A stretch of DNA of 64,000 nucleotides from Camelus dromedarius (taxonomy: Eukaryota), in assembly GCF_036321535.1 (NCBI RefSeq), contig NC_087437.1:46254001-46318000 (forward strand), given 5' to 3'. The position numbers were made by a program, and so were the translations under genes. The notes under the pieces were generated by a model, which searched no databases, was not told where the DNA came from, and worked only from the letters and a program-made list of their open reading frames with translations. Position 1 is the first letter of the stretch, and the number at the start of each line of letters is the position of its first letter. Positions 36,661 to 46,865 of this stretch are shown here, piece after piece.

Positions 36661-37987
36661 CTCTGTAGACAGAAAAGTTGCATTTCATGCTTCTTCCAGC
36701 CTGAGCTGCATTCCTGTAGGTGTGCCCATCAGCCAGCTTCTGTGCATGTGCTCAAGGTCAGAACATCTGGCTGTGGGTTGCACGGAATGGGACTACCCAC
36801 TCATTTCCTTGGCTTTACCGGGCTGACCTCTGTTTTGCTCCCTCACCTGACAGAGGGTTGCATGGGCCCAGGTGGAAAAGAGCCATTGACTGTTAGGAAT
36901 GTCCAGCAGGAGGTGAGAGAAGAGTCCGATCCTGCATTTTTGTATTTGCAACAGTTGCTTGAATCTGTCTTTTTAGAAACATATGTGGTATGTAAACACA
37001 TGCACATTCTATGCACATCCATGTGTAAAGCTCAGATATTGTCTATAGGAGAACAGAATATCTTGATGAAACTGAATAATTTAGCTAATCACTCAGATGT
37101 GTCAGCTGTATGGTGCCACACAGCTGGGTGACCTGAAACCGCTAGCTGTTTGGTGAGTTGCAAGTAAAGGATGTAGATAATAGAATCTCCCTTTTTTCCC
37201 TCCAGATTTTTGGCATCACTTAGACATAATCTAAATGATACGGCAACATATGGTAAAATCTCTCACATTGAAAAGCATGCAAGCAGCTAGCTAACACTTT
37301 CTACTAAAAAAATTTGCTCATAGGTATTTTGATGAATCTAAAATTCTCACAAAGCACATCGTTTGAAAGAAATATGGGAGCAAAACAAACTGCTGCATTA
37401 AAAGCAGGGGTATTGAAAAGTGTCAAGCAAACATTTTTAACCTCATGTTTGTGTGCGGTCTGGTCAAAATAGAATAGATTTTCTTTTATGGAAGTAGTTT
37501 AAAAGAGGGCTAAAAGACAAAGATTTAGTGTTTGCAGGAAATCCTTCAGGTTTGCCTAAGCTTCAAGAATTCCATCTTTGGCATCCAGCTATTCTCATTA
37601 AATAAGCATTTTTCAGTTTCTGATGTGTTTGGTTTGAAGGAACCAGTTTAATGTTATGCTGTGAAATTAATTACTGTGGTAAGTCTATGTAAATGTGACT
37701 GTAAAACAGAACTCAAGCTGGACAGGAAGGAAAACGGATGAGCAGGAAGCTAAAATAAACACCATGACAACATGTTAGAGGTGGAAGGTTTAAGGAGTAT
37801 TTAGATCATCAGTATGCTGGTTTCAGTTTCTAGGTGCAAGTCTTTATATGCTTTTCTCCAACTAATGGGATGATTGAAATTATAAAGCCGGAAGAGAATT
37901 TCTTGCACTGGATTTTTCATTCCAGGAGCAGGGCTTTAAAGAATTATGGAGTCAGAGAACTGAAAGGGATGGTAGAGAACAGCTATC

Positions 37988-38292
37988 CAGGGTCACAAGT
38001 GTAAATTCTCTGGTGCCCAAGCAGGTAATTCATGAGAGTGAAGCAGAGCAGGGAAGAGGCACAGAGGCAGACATTGGGCAGCCCCAGGCATCACTAGGGA
38101 AAGGGGAGAGTACCCTGGCACAGGTAATCAGCTCTAACCTATTGCAGCCATACAGGAAGCTGACCCAGCATTAGGAGGTGCTCCAACTTTTCAGGAAAAT
38201 CTAGAATTCTAGATTTTTATGTAATATGTCCAAAATGTTTAAGCTTTGACTCATTCAGTGATCAGCCTGTTGGTCTCCAGTTTGCTACTTTT
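37988..38292 (+). mobile_element. MER102-like hAT-Charlie element inserted in a MIR3-like SINE (about 37945-38410)
   Basis: caggtaattcatgagagtgaagcag...ttttcaggaaaatctagaattctagatttttatgtaatat...ccagtttgctact; flanks gaaagggatggtagagaacagctatcc / atctagcctaatc...ttatagatgtagaaacc join into a MIR3-like sequence. Confidence 0.7.
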
Positions 38293-39229
38293 CATCTAGC
38301 CTAATCACACATCTTATAGATGTAGAAACCAGGACCAGAGAAGTGAGTGCCTTGCTGAAGATCCAATGGCTCAGAGGCAGCGCTGGAAACCCAGATCATC
38401 AGCCACTTCTCCTATATTACTTCCACAGTGAGCACAGTGTTCTACCCATAACAGGTTTCAGCGAGGGCTTGTTACATGAATTCCATGGATTCTTGAAGAT
38501 TTTAATAATTAAACTCTAGTACACCCCTGACAGTAGTCCTAAGATTGTTACTTACTCAACAAATTTTTGTCATATGTCTTAAATGTTATCTAAATTTTTC
38601 TTAGCTTTACTTTATTCAGCTCTTTTTTTCCTTTACCTCTGTCTAATATGTTTTTCTTTGTTGAACAAAGCTCCCACATTCTCTTTACTTCACATACATC
38701 ATCTGAGTTTCAGTACTTGACTCTTTCTTCTTACAACTCAGTTTCCCAAGGTCTGAAAGTATCTTTAATTGATTTTATCTCTACCATATATTGCTATGCA
38801 TTCATCAGAGGGAATAGAATATAAATTTGTAAATCTTAACATTATACTAACTGGGACTAGTTAAGAGAATTCATTTTCTGTGAAGGATGCCACTACATAT
38901 TCCCCTCAGAATATGAGGAGCATGTCCACCTGTCTTTAAGCCTTTGTATCTTGAATTCAGTGCCTGTAAGAGAAGCATCATGTATACGAAGAAGCAGGTG
39001 TGCATACTCTGGCTGAGACTTCTTTTTGTGACTTTAAATAATTTTTGGAAAAATTTATTTCCAAAAGCATAAGGTGCAGGGAAAGGAAAATTGCTCTCGT
39101 TAGGACACAGGGGTGAAGCACAGTAAGGGTCTATTTCTGTTGGTCTCTTAGCCGCACCCACACTGTAGCACCAGACTAGGACTGCGGTGCTCACACTTTT
39201 ATTTAGGCTTGATGAGAAACTATGTTGTG

Positions 39230-39420
39230 ATTCTATTACTGTTAGTCTCCTGCATTTGAATGGCACTTTAGTTTCCAAAGGACTTCTCCATGTTACTTTT
39301 GTTATTGTATAACAAAAAAACTGAGGCTCAGAGAGATTAAGGAACTTGCTCAGTGCTTCACAGCTAGGTCAAGGAAGAGCTGGACTAGAACTTGATCAAC
39401 TCCAGTGCTCTTTCTCTGAG
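39230..39420 (-). mobile_element. MIR SINE
   Basis: aaaactgaggctcagagagattaaggaacttgctcagtgcttcacagctag. Confidence 0.8.
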
Positions 39421-41169
39421 TGCTCTCTTAGCTTTAGGGTTGCTCTCACTAGCTTCCATGTCATGATCCCTAGGTAGTGCTGCTATGAAGACAATGGCTA
39501 TACATGGAAGCAATTAAAAATATTAATAGACGATCTCTAACCCTCAGACACTCAATTATTTGTGCAAGAGGGTTGTTATGGTAGAAAAGGAAGAAACGTT
39601 TTCCTGCCTGGGATTTTCTTACTAGCAAATTGACTATTCTGACTTAAATTCATATTGTTACTAATTGGTGTTAGAATTTGTGTTCTGGGCTGTGCATATG
39701 CTAAGTAGCGATTTTCCCTACTTGTTTGATTATGGAATAGTGCACACATTTTACCTTACAAAAGAAGGAAACAGCTTGTGCTGCCTCAGGAGGAAATATC
39801 TCATCTAGTAATTATGCTTTGAGGCATTGACATAGCTAAATGCTGACCCATGGGCAGCCCATGGAAAGAAACACGGAAAAAGCAGCTTTGTTCAGGGCTT
39901 TTTCCTCAACTGGATTTAAAAAACACAAATGTCTTTAGAGCAAAGCACTGAAGGGTGAGAGGCAGCAAACAGGCAGATTATTAAAGCATTCATCATGAAG
40001 TTACAGGCGGGCCCAGGAAGGGTGCCAGTCCTGCTGGCAGGGCTGCCTGGCTGAAAATTTCTTGTAAATTATCAAGAGTTCCCAAAAGAAATCTCTAGGC
40101 AGGAAAAAGGAAAGGGCAGAGTGACTCCCTTGAAACTCTACTTCAATATTTTCTGAACTGTAGCTTCAGAAACCTATCAAGGAAAGGATCAGTTACATAC
40201 AGGAGGCTGAGTTTTTGGAACTGGAAGACTGGATGTTTAGGATTATTGCAGTGATGGTGCCCTGAGCATGGACTTGTTTGTCTGTATGAATGAGAATTTC
40301 ATGTTTTTAAGGTCAGATGCTTTTTCTCATCTGATACAATGAGTATGTCTTTTTGTATTTATGGATTACCTTTTTATTTTCAGTCTGATTAACTTATTAT
40401 ACTGTAGTTCAATTCAATAGAAATGCACTAAATTTTTGCTTCAACCTGAGTAGAGTATTTGGCCACATTGTCTGTTTGGCTTTAGCTTTGTCTTGACCAT
40501 GGCCTTTAAGGCTGAGTAACCAAGTGCCCCACTTCAGTGTTGTTGATGACATCTCTAAACTTGGGATGATCAATGACTGAACAATCGTATGTATTAGTTA
40601 TCATCATGTATAATCGGCATAAAAAATCAGTAATAGGTACAAAGCATGTCCATCTGGATAACCACATAAAAGTACTTGTAAACATTCTCCATGTAATGTT
40701 CTTTATATATTGAAATCTCCATTTAAAAACAAATATATATTTATTGTTGTAAGATAGAATATTTCAATTATTAATCATGAATGTTGATAATTTTATGAAC
40801 TAAATAATTAAGAACCTTCAAATAAATAGGGCTATGGATTGATGGTTAATGTTAATATTCATAGATAGTAGATTAGCTCCCTGGCTTCAAGGATTTATGT
40901 CCTGTTTGAACCAGCATATATTTATAGACAAATAAATAATACAAAAAGCCATAATAATAGAAATTACATTATATCATCGTTACCAGCATTGTAGAACTGT
41001 TTGTTTGCATTGGAAAAACTAAACAAAATAAAGCTTTAAGAATGTTATTTGCTTTTTAATTATTTAATTCTATTTAAATGTGAATTTTTTTCAAAAACAG
41101 TCCTATTTAGGAAATTCTTCAAAGAGATATCCTTTTTTCTGCCAAACTTTAAGAATCTGACTAGTAGCA

Positions 41170-41830
41170 TTTTTAAAGTCAGGCTTATTAGGGTATGATC
41201 TATGTACAGTGAAAGCTACCCTTTGTAGGTACACAATTATATGAGTTTTGACAAATGTAACATAAACATGTAATCGCCATCACAATAAAAATATAGACTA
41301 TATCTGTATTAGTTTTCCAAGGCTGCCACTACAGAATACCACAGAGTAGGTGACTTAAACAACAGAAATGTGTTTTCTCACAGTTACAGAGGCTGGAAGT
41401 CCAAAATCAAGGTGTAGGCAGTTTGGGTTTCTTCTGAGACCTCCTTCCTTACTAGCAAATGGCACCTTCTTGCTGTGTCCTCACACGGTCTTTCCTCTGT
41501 GTAGGCATACCCTGGTGACTCCAGTGCCCAAATTTCCTGTTCTTATAAGGACACCAGTCATACTGGATTAGGGCCTGCCCTAGTGGCCTCATTTAACTTA
41601 GTCATCTCTTTAAAGGCCCCATCTCCAAATAATTGAAGGGTTAGGGCTTCAACATATTTGCAGGAGACAGTTCAGCTCATAGCAATTTCCATCACCCCCA
41701 AATTTCTCTTGTGCCCCTTTCTAGTCAGTCCCCTTCTCTGACCCCAGCCTTTGGCAACATTGATATTTTCCATTCCTATTGTTTTCCTTTTCCAGTATAT
41801 CATGTAAATGAAATCTACAGAGCTGTCCTG
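41170..41830 (-). mobile_element. L1MB/MC-type 3' end, split by an MLT1A LTR
   Basis: ttattagggtatgatctatgtacagtgaaa...gagttttgacaaatg...catcacaataaaaatatagact / atttccatcacccccaaatttctcttgtgcccc...tcatgtaaatgaaatc. Confidence 0.8.
41305..41684 (-). mobile_element. MaLR solo LTR (MLT1A-like) with 5-bp TSD
   Basis: TGTATTAGTTTTCC...cttaaacaacagaaatg...ggctggaagtccaaaatcaaggtg...ttcagctcatagCA; flanks atatc / atttc (4 of 5 match). Confidence 0.9.
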
Positions 41831-41972
41831 AGAGATACTTGCTTGCCTCATGGAAGTGGTGGCATCATTCTGGTGCAGGGACCTCTCTACTACAGGACCA
41901 CTCACATAGAAGTGGTGGGTCCAGATCTCAGAATTGTCACCAGCCTCAGAGTTGGCTGGATCACTGACCTGG

Positions 41973-41993
41973 ACACACACACACACACACACA
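41973..41993 (+). repeat. (AC)n microsatellite
   Basis: acacacacacacacacacaca. Confidence 0.9.
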
Positions 41994-42279
41994 CTCCCAG
42001 GGGCAGCTGTGTCAACCCTGTGCCCTTCTCCTGGGCTACCCAGTGCAGACCATCCCTCCTAGTGTTGAGCCACCTGAAAGAATGAAGCGTGTTAGCTGAT
42101 TCTGATCCAGGCAAGAAGAGCCTAATGACCACCCCTTCTCACAGGGGTGCACATTTCCAGCATCCAGAGGGCTGGTAATCCTCCTTGGCTGCCCATTTCC
42201 TAGAGGCCAGGGGTGTCATCCTCCTTATACAGGGTCTTTCTTCAGATAGTTTAGGCAATTGATGCAGTTATAACTTTAA

Positions 42280-42550
42280 TAATATTTAATGGCCACTGCC
42301 ATTTGCAGACCACTCGTAATGTGACGGGTATCAGGCTAAATGCTTTAGGTAAGTTATAGTGAATCCCTGTGATAGAGTAATTCTCATTCAGCTAGGCCTT
42401 ATTAAAATGTTTTTCTGTAATTTTGTATGTATGTTTCTCCCAGTTTTGGAGATACGTAAATGAAAGTTTAAAGGGCTTAAGGTATTTGCCATAACTTGAT
42501 CAGAGTCACAGAAATGGATTCCTGACTGCTTGGTTCTCAATTTACTGCTT
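42280..42550 (-). mobile_element. MIR SINE
   Basis: gccatttgcagaccactcgtaatgtgacgggtatc...cccagttttggagatacgtaaatgaaag...ggattcctgactgcttggttc. Confidence 0.6.
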
Positions 42551-43158
42551 ACTCTATGCCTCCACCCCACCTCTCAAAAGTAGAATCAGGTGAAGTTCCC
42601 ACCATTAGAATTACATTTTTTCCTGGCCTAAGGCAGGGTTGACATATGGGATTCATTTTGTGTTCCAACTTGAATATATTTGAAATGGTTACCAAAAGCA
42701 CTATGTTGAGCAGGAATTTGAATGCATATCTGGGCTTAATGGGGAAGACTGTCATAATTGATTACTGATGTCTGCCATGGGTATAGGTTGCGGATAATGG
42801 CAGCACTTGTATCTGCCAACCCTGGGTTAAGGTATTGCCACTCCAGGAGTTATGTTTGTTTTTTAAAGAAACATGTTTTAGAGTAATATATCCCCATTAA
42901 CAACTTGTGGTAAATAAACTTTACCAGCAGCTAGTAATTACTGGAGATAGGTGAGATTTGAAGAAAAACAAGATCTGTGGATCTGATACTTGGGTTGTTC
43001 ATAGAGGCAGACTCAGCTGGGGAGCTGCAGAAGTGGTGGGTGGGAGTCTAGGCAAGCGAGAAAAATCAGTGCAGAATAAGTACCCTGGACATTTATAGCA
43101 GAGGTATGGCTAGTCCCAACAGGCAGAAAGAATTCAGAAATCAGAGGTGGGAAGGCAC

Positions 43159-43251
43159 TGGACTGACCAGCTGTCCCAGTTTATCTGGGATGCTGGACTT
43201 TCAATTTTAAAATAGACAGTCCTGGGCAAACTGGGAGGATTGGCTGCCCTA
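43159..43251 (+). mobile_element. MER94-like hAT-Blackjack MITE with perfect 8-bp TSD
   Basis: Termini tggactgaccagctgtcccagttt ... aaactgggaggattggctgcccta (degenerate inverted repeats); GAAGGCAC at 43151-43158 and 43252-43259. Confidence 0.9.
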
Positions 43252-43309
43252 GAAGGCACTAACAAGTTTTGTATATGTTGTAGTTTAAGGTGAATATACC
43301 ATTGGTCAG

Positions 43310-43782
43310 TGTATTAGTAAGCCATTATTGCAATAATGCTACAAAACTAACAACCCCCAGTTCTTAGTGGCTTACAACCACAAACATTTCTCTTTTGGCT
43401 CTGTAGACCTGCTGTGGTTTGGCTGATCAAAGCCGGGCTCAGGTGGGACTCTAGTTTGAGAACTGACAATAAGTATCCTCTGTATGTTTCTTATCTCTTT
43501 GAATCTATGGTTTTAGAGCAACTTCTTCTTAAGATAATGGATAAGGCAAGAGGCCAAGACAAATTATGCCAACACACTTAAAACCTTGGCTTGTGTCACA
43601 TGCTTTAAAGCTCCATTGGCTTAAGCAAGTCATGTGGTCAAACTCAACAGTAATGGAGTGGAGAAATACACTCCACTTTCTGTGATGTCATATTCCTGTT
43701 AGGTCATGTGGCAAAGAGCATGGGTGAATATTCCTTCTATAAGGAGGGAGTGAGGAGTAGGAACAATATTTAATCTATGAAA
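43310..43782 (-). mobile_element. MaLR solo LTR (MLT1H/I-like)
   Basis: tgtattagtaagccattattgcaataatgct...cttagtggcttacaacc...ccattggcttaagcaagtcatgtggtcaaactcaaca. Confidence 0.8.
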
Positions 43783-44490
43783 TCAGCAAGTAATTTGAAT
43801 GCCCGGACCCAGACAAATGTATCTGTATTTCTCCAGTGCTGGCTTATTAGATGCCCCATAAATATTTGAGAATGAATACCTTTAAAATAGGATTTTCTAC
43901 AATAAATTGGTACATGTTCCCATTTTTAAAATGGCATTTGGCTCCTTTACCATTAGATATTAGGAGCCTCCTGAGGGTTGCTGAAGGTCAGATGTCCTAA
44001 ATGTCTCTTAGGAAATCTTTCCTTTCTCTGACTTACTATTACCACTTGTTGTCTGTGAGGTTTTCTTTCTTTTTTTCCTTTTTTATTCCATCAGTGTTCC
44101 TCATCCTCCAGCTAGACAGCAGGCTTCTGGAAGCCTGGAAAAGTTTGAGAGGTGTCATTAGCCCTTCCCACACCAACTCTAGTGCTCTGCATATTCCAGG
44201 GACTGGTGTTAATTGCTTTTGATCTCTCTTGTCCCCTCCAACTCTCTTCCTCAGCACCTCACACACCCCATCCCCTGGTAGTTGGCCCACGGATGATTGG
44301 TGTTCCAGAAATATTTCTTGACTTGAAAATGAGGCATGTGATTTTGAAACTTTTTAATGTTTTGGAATTAAATGCAGACATTATTACTTCCATCCTCCCT
44401 TCTCCCACTTCTCTGTCCCCATAGTCAGTGTGTATGTGTGTATGGGTGTGTATAGTAGATTTGCTGAAATCTACTGAAATTTGCTGAAAT

Positions 44491-44576
44491 TTTTTTAAAT
44501 GGAGGTACTGGGGATTAAGCCCAAGACCTTGTGCATGCTAAGCATGTGCTCTACCAGTGAGCTATACCCTCCCTCC
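44491..44576 (-). mobile_element. tRNA-derived SINE (camelid Vic-1-like), short tail, with TSD
   Basis: Minus strand GGAGGGAGGGTATAGCTCACTGGTAGAGCACATGCTTAGCATGCACAAGGTCTTGGGCTTAATCCCCAGTACCTCC (A box and degenerate B box); flanked by ATTTGCTGAAAT at 44479-44490 and 44580-44591. Confidence 0.9.
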
Positions 44577-45069
44577 AAGATTTGCTGAAATCATTCTAAA
44601 TGTTTTCTATGATCCTAGCATCACATTTATAATTTTTCGACACTTTTGAATGTTTTTTTTTTTTAACTAAGCAATGAAAAGAACAGCTAGATGTGGGGAA
44701 AAAAAAAATAAAGGAAAAGTTAGGCTCATTGTGCATGATCCTGCATGGAAGCCAAGCCTTTGCTAGCACACAAATGAGTTCAGAAGCTTCTGTTTCCCTT
44801 AGCAAACGCTCAGGTGTTCTTTCATACATAGGGTCCAAAGTACCCAGGAAAAAGTCATGGATCACCTCAGGTCAAACCTGGCTTTCAGCTCTGAAGACTT
44901 CCAACGAAGAAAGCCTGAGCTCATTGAAAAGCAGAAGCCACAGCTTCCTTTCAAGCTAGGAAATTTATTCAGAGGCTCAAAATGAAGCCCCAGGACTGAA
45001 CCAGCTGTGCTCCCTACATAGGCACAGGACACCACCGTTTACTCCTCTTTACACAAAGCTGAGGGAGCA

Positions 45070-45598
45070 CAGCTTAGGTGTCTCTCCTTACTTGAAGATA
45101 GGCATGTTCCTGAAGCGTTGGCTGTGTCATGAATTTCATCATGTAGAATTGTACTTTTTCACTGACTTCAATAAAACAGTGGTAAAGACTTTAAAAAAAA
45201 AAAAAAAAGGCTTCTAAATGCTATACTACCAATGACAGAATGAGAGGCTGAGAGGAAATAGGATGTTAATATCACTTAAAGAGGATTACAAATTATACAG
45301 GCTTTCACTGGGTGCTGATCTATACAGTTTTGTGACATATGGCTGACAGGTATTAAAGTCCCGAGATGAAACTGGGGTGTTGAGGGATTTGCTTTCCTTG
45401 TATTGAGGTGTTTCAGACTTGTGATTTCTCCCCTTTACTCTGCCCCCAAGTACACTGAAAGAAAATTTGAGTTCTTTTCAGCACTTTTACCTTTTTTGGT
45501 CTTCAGACCTTAAGGAATATAACACATTCCTGTCATTAGCAGTAACTCATCATGACTGAATTTTCACTGTGGTGAATGTCTACAAGGGGTTCCTGTGT
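45070..45598. mobile_element. Possible old TcMar-Tigger-like DNA transposon remnant
   Basis: Ends loosely resemble Tigger termini (…ccttacttgaagataggcatgttcctgaa / …caaggggttcctgtgta); heavily diverged. Confidence 0.3.
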
Positions 45599-45781
45599 AA
45601 TTAGAAAAGAGTAATTTCCCTCCCCTCATCCCACTTCATCACTGCTTGTGACATACATAAATCATTTCCTGTTTGTTTCTACTGTCTGTGTTCTCTGATT
45701 AACGTGGTCAGTCACTCTTTATGCCTCAGTTCTCTTCCATTGTAAAGTGGACATAGTGATAATTGCTCTACCAAAAAATGG

Positions 45782-45952
45782 GGTAGTTCTGTCTCCTGAG
45801 CAGCAATTGGAAATGTGTGTGATGCTATTTGGGTTGTTGCAAGGACTGGGTAGTTACTGGTATTAGTGGAAGGGGGCCAAGGATGCTAAATGTCTTGCAG
45901 TACACAGGACAGTGCACATAATACCTGGCTGCACCCAAAATGAGAAACATTG
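45782..45952. mobile_element. MER3/MER20-type hAT-Charlie MITE
   Basis: ttggaaatgtgtgtg...ggttgttgcaaggactggg...tactggtattagtgg..ggggccaaggatgctaaatgtcttgca...cccaaaatgagaaacattg. Confidence 0.8.
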
Positions 45953-46124
45953 CAAACAGATATGTGAGAAGTTTAAAATGACAAGTGAATGCAGAGGATT
46001 CAGTACCTTGTGTCACTGTGCCAATATTCCTGAGAGTCCTGAGCTGGTTCATTGAAGAGCTGCTGTGTTGTGATGACGCTGGCTTCAGCTATGCTTTTTC
46101 CCATCTGCAAGAGGGAAACTCTTC

Positions 46125-46628
46125 TTTTTTTTTTTTTTTTTTTTCCCGGATAACATGCAGTCTTTATTAAAATACTTCGGCAAAAATAAACCCCATCAGC
46201 CGAAGAATAAGTAGCATACAGACCATTTTTTTTCTGACCCTGTTACGATTAGAAATCAATAATCAGTGTATAACTCAGTGATTGAAATTATAGGAATATT
46301 AGTGTTGTTCATGTTTTTGCAATAAAATTCCCTTGGGTAGCCCATGGACATGTCATGTTTAGGATGTATTGCTGTCACTCAGGCTTACCAAGCCTGGCCT
46401 CAGTATCTGGTTATGGGGAAGGTGGGGCTTGAGAGGCTGTGTTTCTAAAATATTTTATTTATTTGCTATTGTATTTTATTTATTTATTTGTTTGTTTGTT
46501 TGTTTATTTTGGTTTTTAGGGGAGGAGGTAATCAGGTTTATTTATTTTTAGAGGAGGTACTAGGGATCAAACCCAGGACTTTGTGCATGCTGAACATGCA
46601 CTCTACCACTTAAGCTATACTCTCCCCT
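46125..46628 (-). mobile_element. Vic-1-like SINE (about 46451-46628) plus ~300 bp extra 3' sequence, AATAAA and poly(A)20, inside one TSD
   Basis: GGGAAACTCTT at 46113-46123 and 46629-46639; T20 at 46125-46144; tttatt at 46163-46168; SINE head GGGGAGAGTATAGCTTAAGTGGTAGAG begins at the right TSD. Confidence 0.9.
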
Positions 46629-46724
46629 GGGAAACTCTTTCTTGCTGCTTGTTGTGAGACCCGTGGTTTCATGTTCTATTCATCTAAACTTATTTAGGAA
46701 ATAATAGTATGAGTAATCACAATG

Positions 46725-46865
46725 GCAAAAATAACTACTCTTAAATGAGCACTTAACCATTCTCTAGGTACAGAACTGTAAAATATTCATGCTTTAACTC
46801 ATTTATTCTTCATGACAAACCCTGGAGCGGAAGATCAGATTATCTAGCACAGAGATGAGGGAACT
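46725..46865 (-). mobile_element. MIR SINE fragment
   Basis: tgagcacttaacc...taactcatttattcttcatgacaaaccctg...agatgagggaact. Confidence 0.6.

Noticed and set aside
44693..44959. Ser-rich 88-aa ORF in non-repeat DNA
   Set aside because: No recognisable protein similarity and no convincing flanking splice sites or start context.
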